Notes: generated from the sequence alone by a model not told the origin. Counted from the first letter of the stretch, positions 14,297 through 27,575 are shown. The stretch is 64,000 nucleotides of DNA from an uncultured Planctomycetaceae bacterium (GCA_963833985.1 CAWIAD010000002.1:4736001-4800000), one strand, 5' to 3'. Program-made: numbers and translations.

Positions 14297-17200
14297 TCAT
14301 GCACTTCCCGTGGCCTCCAGCCGTTCCGTTCGTCTGGCCGGGGCTGCGTCGCCATCCAGGGCCGTGATGGACGCAGAGCCCGGCCGCTCCTCCGCCAGCA
14401 TCGCCTGGAGTGCCGCGGGATCCACGGGCTTGACGAGATGGCGGTCGATGCCCGCCTCTTTCGAGCGCAGGCGGTCGGCATCCTGACCCCAGCCCGTGAG
14501 GGCGACGATCAGGACCGGTTCGCTCCAGTCGCGCTGGCGGATCAGCGCGGCCACCTCGTAGCCGCTCATGACGGGCAAGCCGATGTCCAGCAGGATCACG
14601 TCCGGGCGAAACGCGTCGGCGCAGGCAACGGCTTCGGCGCCGTCGAAGGCCGTGCGCGTCTCGTGGCCCAAAAGATCGAGGAGCTGCGCGAGCGTCTCGG
14701 CGGAATCTCGGTTATCGTCCACCACCAGCACGCGCCTGGACGCCGTGGGAATCGAGGCGACGGGCTCGGGCTCGGGGGACAAGGTGAGAGGATCCAGGGC
14801 TTCCACGACCGGCAGACGGATCAGGAACTCGCTTCCCGAACCATGGCCTGCGCTGCGTGCCTCCACCGAACCGCCATGCATCTCCACGAGCTTGCGCACC
14901 AGCGTCAGCCCGATGCCCAGGCCGCCCTGGGACTTCCCGAGCGACCCATCGACCTGGGTGAACATATCGAAGATCTGCGGCAGCATCTCTGGCGGGATGC
15001 CAATTCCGTTGTCCCGCACACTCACCGCAACCGCCGTCGCCTGGCACTCGACCGTCAGTGCGATGACGCCACCTGGCTCGGTGTACTTGGCGGCATTGTT
15101 GAGCAGGTTCGAGAGCACCTGCGCCAGCCGGGTCGGGTCCGCGTCCACCACAACGGGCGCCTCCGGCAGGGTGACTGTCAACCGGTGGCCGAGGGACTCG
15201 ACGAGCGGCCGGCTGGTTTCCACGGCGGCATGGATGACCGAGGCGATCTTAACCTTCTCCCTGCGCAGCTCCAGCTTGCCGCGGGTGATGCGCGACACGT
15301 CCATCAGGTCGTCGATGAGCCGTACCATGTGCGCGACCTGGCGCTCCATCAGCTTGCGGGCATCGTCGATCGCCTGCGGCTCGCCGGCAGCCAGCCGCAT
15401 GATTTGCAGGCCGTTGCGTAATGGGGCCAGCGGGTTGCGCAGCTCGTGGGCCAGGGTTGCCAGAAACTCATCCTTGCGGCGGTCGGCATCGCGCAACGCG
15501 GCCTCCAGACGCTTCACGTCCTCGATATCGGTGCAGGTACCGAACCAGTAGATGATCCTTCCGTGCTCGTCGCGCATGGGCACGCCGCGGGTCTTGAACC
15601 AGTGATATTCGCCGTCGTGGCGGCGGATCCGGTATTCGAGGTCGTAATCGGCGCGGTCCTCGCAGGCCGCCTTCCAGCAGGCGAGGGTGCGCTCGCGGTC
15701 GTCCGGGTGGAGGACCGTTTCCAGCCAGCGCAGGCCGAGCAGCTCGTGCTCCGGAATGCCGGTGTACCGGCCCCACTGAGTGCTCAACCAATCACACTGG
15801 CCGTCGGGCAGATCGGTCCAGAGCAAGTTGGGTAACGCCTCGGCCATAGTTCGCCACCTCTGCTCGCTCTGTGCGAGCGCCTCGACCGCTTGCTTGCGAT
15901 CCGTCACGTCGGTGGCCCCGGCGTAGATCAGGCCCTCGGCAGGATACGGCCGCGCCTTCCAGCTCAGCCAGCGGTACGACCCGTCCCGATGCCGGTAGCG
16001 ATTCACGAACGAGAGGACTTCCCTCCCCTGCATGACCTCGCGATCGAGCCTGAGCGTGGCCTCGCGATCGTCCGGGTGCAGGAAGTTCAGCCAGGGGCGC
16101 GAGGTGAGCTCCTCGGGGGTCCAGCCGAGCGTGCTCTCGCAGGTTGGGCTGGCCTTCTTGAAGTAGCCGTCGAATCCGACGACCACGAGCAAGTCCGCCC
16201 CGACGGCGAAGAATCGTTCGCGTTCCGTCTCGGCACGCTTGCGGTCGGTGATGTCCGTTCCCGTGGGAGCCAGGAAGAGCACGTTGCCGGATTCATCCTT
16301 GATCGGCAAGATGATCAGGTCGACCGTCCGTTCGCTGCCATCGGCCACGTAATAGGGCATCTCCGCACGGAACGTCTCGCCGGAGGCAGCCCGGCGCACG
16401 CCTCCCGGATGCGCCCGGCCACCCACCCCGATCGGTTCCACCACGGGCATTCCCAGAATCGCTTGCCCACCACCTGGTCTTGCGTGTAACCACAGGCCTC
16501 CAGAGAAAGCCGGTTTGGTTGCAGGACGGTTCCGTCCAGCGTCATGATGCCGGCGAAGATGGCGCCTTGCTCGAAAAACGCGCGGAACCGGGCGTTGGCG
16601 GTGGCTGCTTCGGCCAGCAGCGCCCGCTCGCGTTCCTCGGCCCGCACGCGCTCGGTGACGTCGCGGAAATAGATCGACAGGCCTTCACTCGACGGGTAGT
16701 TGTTCACCTCGTACCAGCGGTCGTGGTCCGGGTAGTAGGCCGTGGCTGAAGTCGCAACTCCATCCGCCAGCGACCGGCGGTAAGCGCGCTCGATCTCGCT
16801 GCCGAGGAGGCCGGGGTACTCCTGCCACAAGACCTTCCCGAGCAGGTCGGCTGGCGCGCGTTCGAGGAGTTGCCCGGCGCGCTGGTTCACGTAGGTGAAG
16901 CACCACGAGTGGTCAACGGCGAGGAACGCGTCGGAGATACTCTCAAGGATCGCGCGGCTCCGCTCCTCGCCGCGCCTCCGCTCCCATTCCGCCTGACGCC
17001 GCAGCCGCGCCAGGTCGAGCTGCGAGGTCACGCGGGCAAGCAGCTCGCGCGCGTGGAAAGGCTTGGTAATGTAGTCGTCCGCGCCGGACTCCAGGCCTCC
17101 AACCCGGGCATCTTCGTCGGCGCGGGCCGACAGCAGCAGCACCGGCACTTCCCGCGTCAGCGGGTCGCTGCGCAGGGCTCGCACCAGCCCGTACCCATCC

Positions 17201-19308
17201 AGCAGGGGCATCATCACGTCGCTCAGCACCAGCTCGGGTGCACGCGTTCTGGCCAGCTCCAGAGCCGCCTGGCCGTCGCGCGCCAGCTCCACGCGAAAAC
17301 GCGTGGAGAGCAGTCGAGAGATGTATCTCCGCATGTCGGCGTTGTCGTCAGCCACGAGGATCAGCGGTCGATCGTCGCCTTCACCCGCGGCCGGCATGCC
17401 GTCGGGCTCCGGCGGAATCACGTCTGCCGAGGTCTCCCCGGATGCATTGACGTTGCCAATGGTCTCGGTTTCCGGCAGCCACCGCAGCGCATCCTCGGCA
17501 TGGGGTACCGCCGCGGCTCCCAGCCTGGGCGGTGCATGCCCCTGTCCCACCCGGTCGGCGGGCAGGTGCGCGCGGCCCGTCGGCACGGCAACCGTGAACG
17601 TGCTGCCCTGCCCCGGAACACTCTCCGCACTCACGGATCCGCCGTGCAGGCGGACGAGCTCCTGCACCAGGGCCAGTCCGATGCCGCTCCCCTCGTGCGT
17701 GCGGCCAAGAGCACCCTCGACCCGGTGAAAGCGGTCGAACAGGCGGGACATCTCCTCGGCGGGGATGCCGGTTCCGGTGTCATGCACTCGCAATTCCACC
17801 GATGGACCGGCCAGACGCAACGACACCTCGATCTGCCCTTCGAAGGTGAATTTGAACGCGTTGGAGATGAGATTCAGGACGACATTCTCCCACATCCATC
17901 GGTCCACGAAGACCATTTCCGGCAGCGGCGGGCAATGGACCACAAGTTCCAGGCCCGCGTGCTCGCAGGCCGATCGGAATACGCTGGCAATGTCCGAGGT
18001 GAAGGCGGCCAGGTCCGTCGGCTCGTAGAGCGCCTGCACCCGGCCCGCCTCGATGCGCGAAAAGTCCAGCAGAGTGTTCACCAGCCGCAAGAGACGCTGA
18101 GCGTTGCGGCCGACGATCTCCAGCGATTGCCGGCTGGCCGCAACACGCGCATCGGCGGGCGCGGAAAGGAGGTCTTCGATCGGACCGAGCATGAGAGTCA
18201 ACGGCGTGCGGAACTCGTGGCTGACGTTGGAAAAGAAGGCGGTCTTGGCCCGGTCCAGCTCGGCCAGCTTTTCGGCCCGGCGGCGCTCCTGCTCGTAGGC
18301 CCGCGCACTGCCGACTGCCGCGGCGATGTGCCCTGCCAGAAGGTCCAGAAATCCCCTGTAATCATCGTTGAACGGCAGCCGAGGGCTGACGCCGGCCACC
18401 ACGAACCCCGCCGCTAATGCCTGTCCCGGGCTGGCCATGGGAAGCACGCAGGCACGATGCGGCAGCCCAGGGCAGGCGCTTCCCGAGAGTCGGCCGATCC
18501 TGGCCGCCAGGTCGGACACCTCCTCCGCCTGACCGGTCTCCACAACCTGGCGGAACGGCCACGGGGCTTGCGGATCATCCAGTGACACCTGGCCCGGGCA
18601 TGCCGGGCTGCTCACGCTCAATCCCGTCCAGCCAGCCAGCCGGGCCTGCCGGCTGTCCGCGTCGAGCAAGTAAAGCCCCAGAAATGGCAGGTCATCACCG
18701 TGCTGGCCCAGGATCTGGGCCGCGGTCTGGCAGGCTTCCTCGACCGATCGCGCCGATCCGGTGGTTCCGGCCGCCAGTTCCCTCAGCGCGCGCAGCCGGC
18801 GCTGGTTCAGCACCCGATGGGTCTCTTCGGTGCAGACGCCGAGAAGCCCGCCCACCGCGCCGTGCTCGTCCGGGATCGGGCTATAAGAAAAGGTGAAGTA
18901 GGTCTCCTCGATGAAACCGTTGCGATCGGTGATGAGCATCCGCTCCTCGTTCCACGACGACTTCCCGGCGTTCATCACGTCTTCCGTCTGCGGGCCGACC
19001 ACGTCCCAGACATCGGACCAGATCTCGGAGGCGGGCATGCCCAGGGCGGCGGGGTGCCGCTGGCCGAGGATCGGGATATACGCGTCGTTGTAGAGGTTCG
19101 TCAGGTTGCTGCCCCACCACACGAACATCGGGTACCGATTGCAGAGCATGAGTTGCACGGCCGTTCTCAGGCTCGGCGGCCATCCCGTGATCGGACCGAT
19201 CGGCGTGCGGCTCCAGTCGAAAGCTGGGATCCGCTCTCCCATCTCTCCGCCTCTGGCGTGATGCGAGATCCCGTGAAGGTTTGTGTCGCCACCGCGCTCC
19301 GGTTGCAT
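14297..19308 (-). CDS. Cytoplasmic hybrid histidine kinase: PAS-like/GAF-HisKA-HATPase-REC-PASx4-HisKA-HATPase-REC; indel near 16393
   Basis: Two H-boxes (SHEFRTPL, AHELRNPL), two ATPase modules (NAFKFT/GSGIGL; NAAKYT/GLGIGL), two REC domains (SDVMMP; LDIGLP); ORFs 16315..19308 and 14297..16450 join inside a PAS domain. Confidence 0.9.
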
Positions 19309-19709
19309 GCGTTGGTCGGCCCTCGCAAAGGGGATCAGAGAACGTCAGAACCGCGCGGGGCGGCAAGCCCGAGCAATGACGAACTTGCGATTCGAGGACG
19401 GCAGCGGTTTGGAAACCGCGGCAGGCTCCTCGTTCCTCGCATTGCTCCAGTTCCGAACAAGCATTGATTGTAATCAAACTCGGGCACGGATGAGCCCGGG
19501 TTGTTGCCGGGTGCGCGCTCGATTTGACTCGGAACGCCAACTTGGATGGTCCCTCAGCGGTCTGGAACGAGGCCGCGTGCACAGCCTGGCGGCGAGGCTC
19601 TCCAGGCTTCAGGCTCTTGCCTGGCCATTTTGCGAAAAATTTGAAAAGAAACGCGGGCGGGCGGCACTATACACTGGCGAGAACCTACTGACGCCGGGAG
19701 CCGAAGAAC

Positions 19710-21831
19710 ATGGACCCCGCCACTCGAAGTACCGTCCGCGGCTCGATTCAAGTGCTTCTCACTTCCGGGGCTGCCTCGGGGCTGCCGGATTCCCAGCTCC
19801 TCGAGCGGTTCCTGGTCGAAGACGGCGAGATCGCCCAGGGGGCCTTCGAGGCGCTCGAGTTGCGCCACGGGCCCATGGTCCTCCACACCTGTCACAATCT
19901 ACTGCCAAGTGAGCATGACGTCCAGGACGCGTTCCAGTCCACGTTTCTGGTCCTCGCGGTGCGTGCGGGGTCGATCCGGCGCCGCGCCTCGCTGCCAAGC
20001 TGGCTGCACGGAGTGGCCCTGAAGGTGGCTGCGCGCACGGAACCAGGCGGCCAGGCGGCGGCAACGGGAGCGACGGATCGCGGCATGCGATGCCCCCGCG
20101 ACCGACGGCAGTCTCCTCGAGGACCGCGAGACCACTGGAATGCTGCATCAGGAAATTGAACGTCTGCCGCAAAAGCACCGCGACGCCATCGTGCTCTTCT
20201 ACCTGGAAGGATTGACCCTGGAGACAGCCGCACAGCAGCTCCAGTGCCCATCCGCAACTCTTGGCGTTCGCCTGATGCGGGCCCGCGACAAGCTGAGGCG
20301 GCGGTTGAGCCGCCGGGGTGTGACCGCCCCGGCCGCAGTCCTGTCCGCGCTCGGGCTCGCCCGGCCGTCGGCAGCCGCGGTCTTGCCGTACGCCATGGTC
20401 CGTTCCACCGCGGCCAGGGGGTTGCAGCTCGCAGGTGCCCGGACGATCAGCCTGGTGACAACCGAGCTCATCGGTCATGTGGTCCGCCGCCTGATCCTGG
20501 TTCGGCTAGCCCGGGTGTCGGTCGTGCTCGTCCTGGCCGTGGCACTCACCACGTCGTCCCGGGCCCTGCTCTCCGGGTCGGGGCTTTCTGCCGAGGAGCG
20601 TCCCGCGCCCACTGCCCAGCCGGAGCCTCCCGGGCGCGCCGGATCGCCTTCGCCAGGCCACCTCCCCCAGCATCCGGTGGTGCTCTGGAAATTCCCAACG
20701 TTTGGAGACCCGGGGACCTTGCTCTTCGCGGATGGTGTCATCTATGTTGGCGATCGCCTGGAGAACTTCTATGCCATCTCGCTGAAAGACCGGGGCTTCC
20801 TGTGGCGAGCGCGCGGGCTCGGACACATCTATCTTCCCGCGGCCCGGCAGGGCGACACGGTCTACGTGACGTCGCGCGAGGGTCTGACCGCCCTGTCCGC
20901 GCAGGACGGCAAGGTTCGCTGGAACGACCGGCTGCGCGGCGACCCGATGTCGGCCTCGCCCCTCGTTGTCAAGGACCGGGTCGTGGCCGCCGACGACGCC
21001 GGTCGTGTCTACGCGCTCAGCCTGGATGGAAAACGGATCTGGGAGCACGACCTGATGGACACCGAGGACTTGCAGAGGGAACGAGACATGCTCACGGCGA
21101 TCCGCGCCCAGCTGAAACGGCCCGGCATTCATGGAGCCACCAATCCACGGCCGCCCGTGAGCGACGGCACCACCGTCTTCCTGCCGCTCTTCGACAAGTC
21201 CCATCGCCTGCTGGCGATCGATGTCGCCAGGGGATTTCGCCGCTGGACGTTCCATGCCGCGGGCATGATTTACGGGCAGCCCACGCTGGCCGACGACATG
21301 CTCTTCTTCGGCTGCTACGAGGGGGACGCCGAAGCGAAGACCGGCCGCTTCTATGGACTGAACACGAAGAGAAGGGTGCTCTGGGAGTTCCCCACCACAG
21401 CCCGCATCGACGCCAATTCCGCGTACCGCGACGGCTCGATCTATTTTGGCACCAGCGGAGGACAGTTCTTTCGCCTGGACGCCCGGACCGGGAAGGAAGT
21501 CTGGAGCTACCAGATCCCCGACGCGAAGGGAACGAAGAGCGCCATCTACTGCACGCCTCTGTGCACGGCCGATGCAGTCTACTTCAACTCCTTTGACGGC
21601 CATCTCTACTGCCTGGACAGAGCCACTGGCGCGTTCAAGTGGCGTTTCCAGCCGATCGCCGGCTCGGAGCTCGACCTGTCTCTGGCCACCGACGGCGAGC
21701 GCATCATCGTGGGGGCGCGGCGGAACACCGACGCGCAGACCGGCGAGAATGCCATCGTCGCGATTGGAGAGGCGCAGGAACAAGTACCGGGCCGGCGTCA
21801 TCGAAGAAATAAGAGCGGCAGGCTTCCTTGA
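19710..21831 (+). CDS. ECF sigma factor fused through a TM segment to a PQQ-like/BamB-like beta-propeller; indel near 20035
   Basis: DSQLLERF, RHGPMV, DAFQSTFLVL, SWLHGVA (sigma2); LPQKHRDAIVLFYLEG, RARDKLRRRLSRRG (sigma4); then repeats such as LDARTGKEVW and LDRATGAFKW. Confidence 0.88.
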
Positions 21832-22015
21832 TTTCGACTCCCCTCCCCGCGCCAGATCCGCCCGGCACTGGCCGCGATCGCACCATCTCACGCGATACGT
21901 TCCCTATCGAGTTCGCCGAGGCCAGAGTACGATAAAGTTTAGCCGCGCCGCCGTCGCCACAACAAAAGACCGCGGTGCACCCGTCCGGAACGCAGAGAAG
22001 AGCAAGGCATCCCGC

Positions 22016-22850
22016 ATGGCCGGTCTTTTTCCAGGAATGGATCCCTACCTCGAATTCCAGTCGGCCGGGGCCGATTTTCACAACGGCCTGATCGCGGCGC
22101 TACGCAATGAGCTCGGGACGCGGCTCCCTGATGCTTATGTCGCACGAATCGATGAACGGATCGAGGTAATCTCCGCGAAGTTCGATCCGCCGGTTGCCTT
22201 CCGCCCCGATGTACTGGTCGGACGCCTGGCGGAGGAAGACCCCAGACCGGGCGTGCAGCGTCACAGGCCCGGAGCGGCTGTGCTGGAACCGCAACTGATG
22301 GAGATTGTCCGATCCGAGCCGGCAGACATCCACCTGACATGGGTTGAGATTCGCGCGCTGCCGGACCTCGAGCTTGTCACGGCGATCGAAGTGCTTTCTC
22401 CCGTCAACAAGTCCTGGCGAGGGCGCGGAGCGTACCTGGAAAAGCGCGAGCAGCTCCATGCCGCGAGCGTGAACCTGGTGGAGATCGATCTGCTGCTTGT
22501 CGGCGCTCCATTGCCAATGAATCCGCGTCTGGAACCTGGAAGTTATCACGCCATCATCTCGCGCCCGGCACGTTTCCCCGTGGCGGAGGTTTATCGCTGG
22601 AGCGTACGCGACCCGCTGCCCATGGTTCCCATCCCCCTGCGCAGGCGACGCCGACATCCCGATCGATCTGAACGATCTGGCGACCCAGGTGTACAACCTG
22701 GGCCGCTATGCCCGCACCCTGCGCCGCGCGGCTCTTCCCCCGTCTGCACCGTTCAGCCCGGACGATCGGGCGTGGGTCGAAGCCGATCTTGGTCATGCCA
22801 TGCACAACGCGGCGACGGATTCTCCGGAAACACCGCCCGCGGCGACGTGA
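22016..22850 (+). CDS. DUF4058 family protein (PD-(D/E)xK-like); indel near 22642
   Basis: FPGMDPYLE, RPDV, VTAIEVLSPVNK, NLVEIDLL, LPMVPIPL; shifted frame continues GDADIPIDL...* at 22850. Confidence 0.85.
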
Positions 22851-22958
22851 ACCGACCTTGCAAACCCGGGAAACCCGATTGGAAAACCACGCGCAGTCCG
22901 GTAGTTTATCTTTTGTTTCACCAGGAAGACACGCCGCAAAGAACCTCTTGGACCCACC

Positions 22959-25900
22959 ATGCGACCGAGACTGTGCGTGATGATGGCTGGCTCTCTGGCC
23001 ATGTCGTGGGCCTGCGTTCCGGTCGCCGCGCAGGACCAGGCGGCATCTCACGCGGACGCTCCTTCCCTGCTGGAGTCCCGTTTCCGCGAGCAGGTACGGC
23101 CGTTCCTGGAAGGGCACTGCCTGGGCTGCCACGGCGCGCAGAAACCCAAGGGCGACACGAACCTGAGCGTGTTCACCACGGCGGCTGCTGTCGCCGGGGA
23201 CCTGCCGCGCTGGGAGCTGGTGCAGGAGCAGCTCGAGAACAGGACCATGCCGCCGGCCAAGGCAAAGACGCAGCCGTCGGCGGACGCCCGCGCCGCAATC
23301 CTGTCATGGATCAGCGAGTTGCGCAGGGCCGAGGCGGCGCGGAGCGCGGGCGATCCCGGTCCGGTGCCTGTACGCCGGTTGAGCAACGCCGAATACGACA
23401 ACACAATCCGCGACCTGACGGGCGTCGACATCCGGCCCACCCGGGAGTTTCCTGTCGACCCGGCGAACGCCGCCGGCTTCGACAACTCGGCAGAATCGCT
23501 GGCCATGTCGCCGGCGTTGATGAAGAAATACCTGGAAGCGGCGCACGATGTCGCCGAACATCTGGTGCTCACGCCCGACGGACTGAGCTTCGCGCCGCAC
23601 CCGATGCTCGCCGACACCGATCGTGACAAGTACTGCGTACGTCGCATCATCGAGTTCTACGCACGCCAGCAGACCGATCTCGCCGCCTACTTCTTCGCGG
23701 CCTGGACATGCCAGCACCGCGCCCGTACGGGCCATGGCGATCAGGTCCTGGAGCAGGTTGCCCGCGAGCAAGGGCTGAGCCGCAAATACCTGGCGACGGT
23801 CTGGAGCGCTCTCACGGATCGTGCTGAAGAAACCGGGCCCATCGCCGCGGTGCAGGTGCTGTGGAATGAGCTGCCGGCCCCCGCGAACGAAAAGGGCGCC
23901 GAGGTTCGTGCCACCTGCGGTCGGATCCGCGACTTCGTGGTCACGCTCCGCGGCCGGCTCACCCCCGAGGTCAAGAACCTGACCGCGCGGCGGATCAGCA
24001 ACGGCACCCAGCCGTTCGTGCTCTGGAAGAATCGCCAGCTCGCCGCCAACCGCATGCGCTACGCCGGGAACGCCGCACAGTTGAAAACGGAAGACCTGGG
24101 TCTGCCCGGCGCAGCCGCACAGGCACTGGCCGTCCCGCGCGATGAGGGCAAGCGGCAACCGTTCGAGGATTCGTTCGCGCGCTTCTGCCGCATCTTCCCC
24201 GACACGTTCTATATCTCGGAGCGGGCCCGGATCTATCTGGATGCGAAGTCCGAAAAGGGGAACGCCGGCCGGCTGCTGAGCGCCGGGTTTCACAGCATGA
24301 CCGGTTACTTCCGTGACGACGGCCCGCTCTACGAGCTGGTGCTGGACGAGACGGGACAGCAGCAGCTCGACCGGCTCTGGCAGGAGTTCGACTTCATCAC
24401 CGCGGCGCCTCTGCGGCAATACTCCAGCTACCTCTGGTACGAGCGCGCCGAGACGGGCTTCCTGCGGGGCGATGCGGATTTCGACTTCGTCCGCGCCGAG
24501 GATCCGGACGCCGCTTCCGAGGCCAAGATGGGTCGATTCGCGGCCGTCTACCTGGCGAAGGCCCGGCGCGTGGGTGCCAGTGAGCTGGCGATCCGGGCCA
24601 TCGAGGACCAGTTCCGGATCATCGGCGCGACGATCCGCCGCGTGGAGCGGGAACGGCGGCAAGCCGAGCCGCGGCACATCGAGGCGCTTCAGCGGTTCGC
24701 CGAGCGCGCCGACCGCCGCCCCCTCGCGGAAAGCGATCGCCGCAGCGTGGCCGTGTTCTACGGCTCGCTTCGCTCCGAGGACGGGCTGTCGCATGAGGAC
24801 GCCGTGCGCGACACGGTCACCAGCATCCTCCTCTCGCCGCGCTTCCTCTACCGCGTGGACCTATCCGGCCCTGGCGGCGACGGCACTGCCCTCGCGGCCG
24901 GCTCGGTCACACCGCTCTCCGACACCGACCTGGCAAGCCGGCTGAGCTATTTCGTCTGGGCAAGCATGCCCGATGAGGAGCTGCTGGCCCATGCCCGTAT
25001 CGGCGACCTGCACGATCCGGAAGTTCTGCTCTCCCAGGCGCGGCGGATGCTGCGTGACGGCCGCGTGCGCGGGCTGGCCACCGAGTTCGCCGGCAACTGG
25101 CTCGACTTCCGGCGCTTCGACGAGCATAACAGCGTTGATCGCGGACGATTCCCGGCCTTCAACGACGAGCTCCGCCGTGCAATGTTCGAGGAGCCGATCC
25201 GCTTCTTCCTGGACATGGTCCAGCACGACCGCCCCGTGGACGAGCTGCTGGACGGCCGGCACACGTTCGTGAACCGCGCGCTGGCCCGGCATTACGGCAT
25301 GCCCGTTCCCGCGGGAGCGGTCGACACCTGGGTGCGCATCGACGACGCGGTGCCGTACGGCCGGGGCGGGCTCTTGCCGATGGCCGTGTTCCTGACCAAG
25401 AATGCGCAGGGTTGCGCACCAGCCCGGTGAAGCGCGGCTACTGGGTGGTCAAGCGGCTGCTGGGCGAGAACATCCCGGCGCCCCGCCGAATGTCCCCGAG
25501 CTTCCCGCCGACGAGGCGAAGCTGGGCGAACGCAGCCTGCGCGAGACGCTCATTCGCCACCGTGCCGAGAAGAGCTGCGCCGGCTGCCACGAGCGGTTCG
25601 ACCCGATTGGCCTGGCGTTCGAGGGGTACGGGCCGGTGGGCGAGGCCCGCACGGTGGACCTGGCCGGCCATCCCGTGGACACCCACGCCACGTTCCCGCG
25701 CGGGGGCGAAGGCTCGGGCCTGGAAGGGCTGCGGGCGTACCTGAGGAAGCTGCGCCGGGACGAATTCCTGGACAATCTCTGCCGCAAGCTCCTCGCCTAT
25801 GGCCTGGGGCGCACACTCATCCCCTCGGACGATGCGACCATCCAGAGCATGCGTACGCGGCTGGAGGCCGAGGGAGGCCGCTTCGGCTCACTGGTGGACG

Positions 25901-25959
25901 CCATCGTCGGCAGTCCGCAATTCCGGAACAGACGAGTGGAACGCGCGAAATCGGAGTGA
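22959..25959 (+). CDS. DUF1592/DUF1587/DUF1588/DUF1585 planctomycete cytochrome-c-domain protein; indels near 25408 and 25483
   Basis: Signal peptide, CLGCH, VRRLSNAEYDNTIRDL, LASRLSYFVWASMPD, TSPVKRGYWV, CAGCH, KLLAYGLGR. Confidence 0.9.
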
Positions 25960-27329
25960 TGATCATGGCCGATGAGGCAAACAGGCAGCCAGCACAGGGC
26001 CAACAACCGGGGCGGCCGAACCGCCGGTCGTTCCTTCGCGGGGCCGGGGTGACGATGGCCTTGCCCTGGCTGGAATCTCTGGCTCCGCGTGCCAGCCTGG
26101 CGGCCGGCGCGGCCGCGATCGCGCCGCCCAGGCGGTTCGCGGTGCTCTTCATGGGCTGCGGAGTGAACCCGCTCGAGTGGTGGGCCAAAGGCTCGGGCGA
26201 GTCGTTGACGCTGGGCCGCTGCCTTGCGCCGCTGGAGCCGCTCGGGCCGAAGATCAACATCATCAATGGACTGTTCAACAAGCATGCCACGGGCGTGGGC
26301 ATTCATCCCGGCCAGACGGGCAACATCCTCTCCGGCGCAGCGCTTCAGAAAGGGGCCGAGCTGAAAGGCGGCATCAGCGTCGACCAGGTGCTGGCACAGC
26401 GCCTGGGCGAGCAGACGGTGCAGCCAAGCATGGTCCTCGGCTGCGAGCAGCCGATCACCGGCTACCACGAGACCAACTTCTCGATGGCCTACAGCTCGCA
26501 CATCTCGTGGCAGAGCGCGACCTCGCCGGTGCCGATGGAAGTGTACCCGTCGCTCGCGTTCGACGCTCTCTTTGACAACCGCGGCAGCAAGCGCAATCAG
26601 AGCATCCTCGATCGCGTGCGCGAGGAGGCCGCCGGGCTGAGCCGCAAGGTGAGCGCCGGGGATCGCGCCCGGCTCGAGGAATACCTGGCGAGCGTGCGCG
26701 CGGTCGAGCGCCGGGTGGTGCCGATGCGTCAGCATCAGGAAGCAGGCTCGGCCCGCGCCCGCCTTCGCAACCGCCCGGCGCTGACGATGCCGCGACCCGA
26801 GAACGGCCTACCTGAAGACGTCCGCGCGCACATGCGGCTCATGTGCGACCTGCTGGCCATCGGTTTCCAGACGGACAAGACGCGCATCGCCTCATTACTT
26901 CTGTGCCGCGACATCTCGGGCCTGTTCTATCCCTTCCTGAACGTCGCTGCCGCGCACCACGGTGCCTCGCACGACGACCGCTCCGTCTCTTACGAGCGGG
27001 TGACGCGGTTCTACGTCGAGCAGTTTGCCTACCTGGCCGCGCGACTGGATTCCATGCCCGAGGGCGAAGGTTCCGGCACGGTCCTGGACCACTCCTGCCT
27101 GCTCTTCATCAACAGCATGTTCTCCGGCTCGAAGCACGACGCGAGCAGGGTACCGCTGGTCCAGGCCGGCGGCCTGGGCGGCACGATCCGGACCGGCCGC
27201 GTGCTCGACTACGCCGACCGCGGCGACGACAATCGCAAGCTGTGCAGCCTGTACCTCTCGCTCATGGACCGGATGGGCGTGAACCTGCCGCGGTTCGGAG
27301 ATGCCGAGCAGAGACTGGCGGACTTCTGA
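25956..27329 (+). CDS. DUF1552 domain protein (Tat-like RRSFL leader)
   Basis: NRRSFLRGAGVTMALPWLES, SVDQV, YSSHISW, FQTDKTR, HHGASH; overlaps the stop of the DUF1592 gene. Confidence 0.9.
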   Translation: MMIMADEANRQPAQGQQPGRPNRRSFLRGAGVTMALPWLESLAPRASLAAGAAAIAPPRRFAVLFMGCGVNPLEWWAKGSGESLTLGRCLAPLEPLGPKINIINGLFNKHATGVGIHPGQTGNILSGAALQKGAELKGGISVDQVLAQRLGEQTVQPSMVLGCEQPITGYHETNFSMAYSSHISWQSATSPVPMEVYPSLAFDALFDNRGSKRNQSILDRVREEAAGLSRKVSAGDRARLEEYLASVRAVERRVVPMRQHQEAGSARARLRNRPALTMPRPENGLPEDVRAHMRLMCDLLAIGFQTDKTRIASLLLCRDISGLFYPFLNVAAAHHGASHDDRSVSYERVTRFYVEQFAYLAARLDSMPEGEGSGTVLDHSCLLFINSMFSGSKHDASRVPLVQAGGLGGTIRTGRVLDYADRGDDNRKLCSLYLSLMDRMGVNLPRFGDAEQRLADF

Positions 27330-27380
27330 GACAGCCTTCCTCCGCGGAGAAGCGAGGACGAAACGCCGGGAGCAGGCATC

Positions 27381-27575
27381 ATGGCCATGGAAGAAAAGAC
27401 CGTTCGCAAGCTGGAGAAGCACCTCGAGCAAGCGATCATCGCGGAGATTCTGGATATGGGACTGAAGTCCTTGCCACTGCTTCCCTCCGGCCGGACGATG
27501 CACCTGATGGCGATGGCCGCAGTCACGGTTTACGAGGCGGCCGTGGAGAACCTTGAGCCAGGCCGGCGACCATGA
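27381..27575 (+). CDS. Small hypothetical protein (64 aa)
   Basis: GGAG upstream, helical non-random composition, ATGA overlap with the next gene. Confidence 0.6.
   Translation: MAMEEKTVRKLEKHLEQAIIAEILDMGLKSLPLLPSGRTMHLMAMAAVTVYEAAVENLEPGRRP

Noticed and set aside
21446..23626. 726-aa ORF as one protein
   Set aside because: Only 22016-22642 is DUF4058-like; the rest is off-frame read-through over neighbouring genes caused by an indel.
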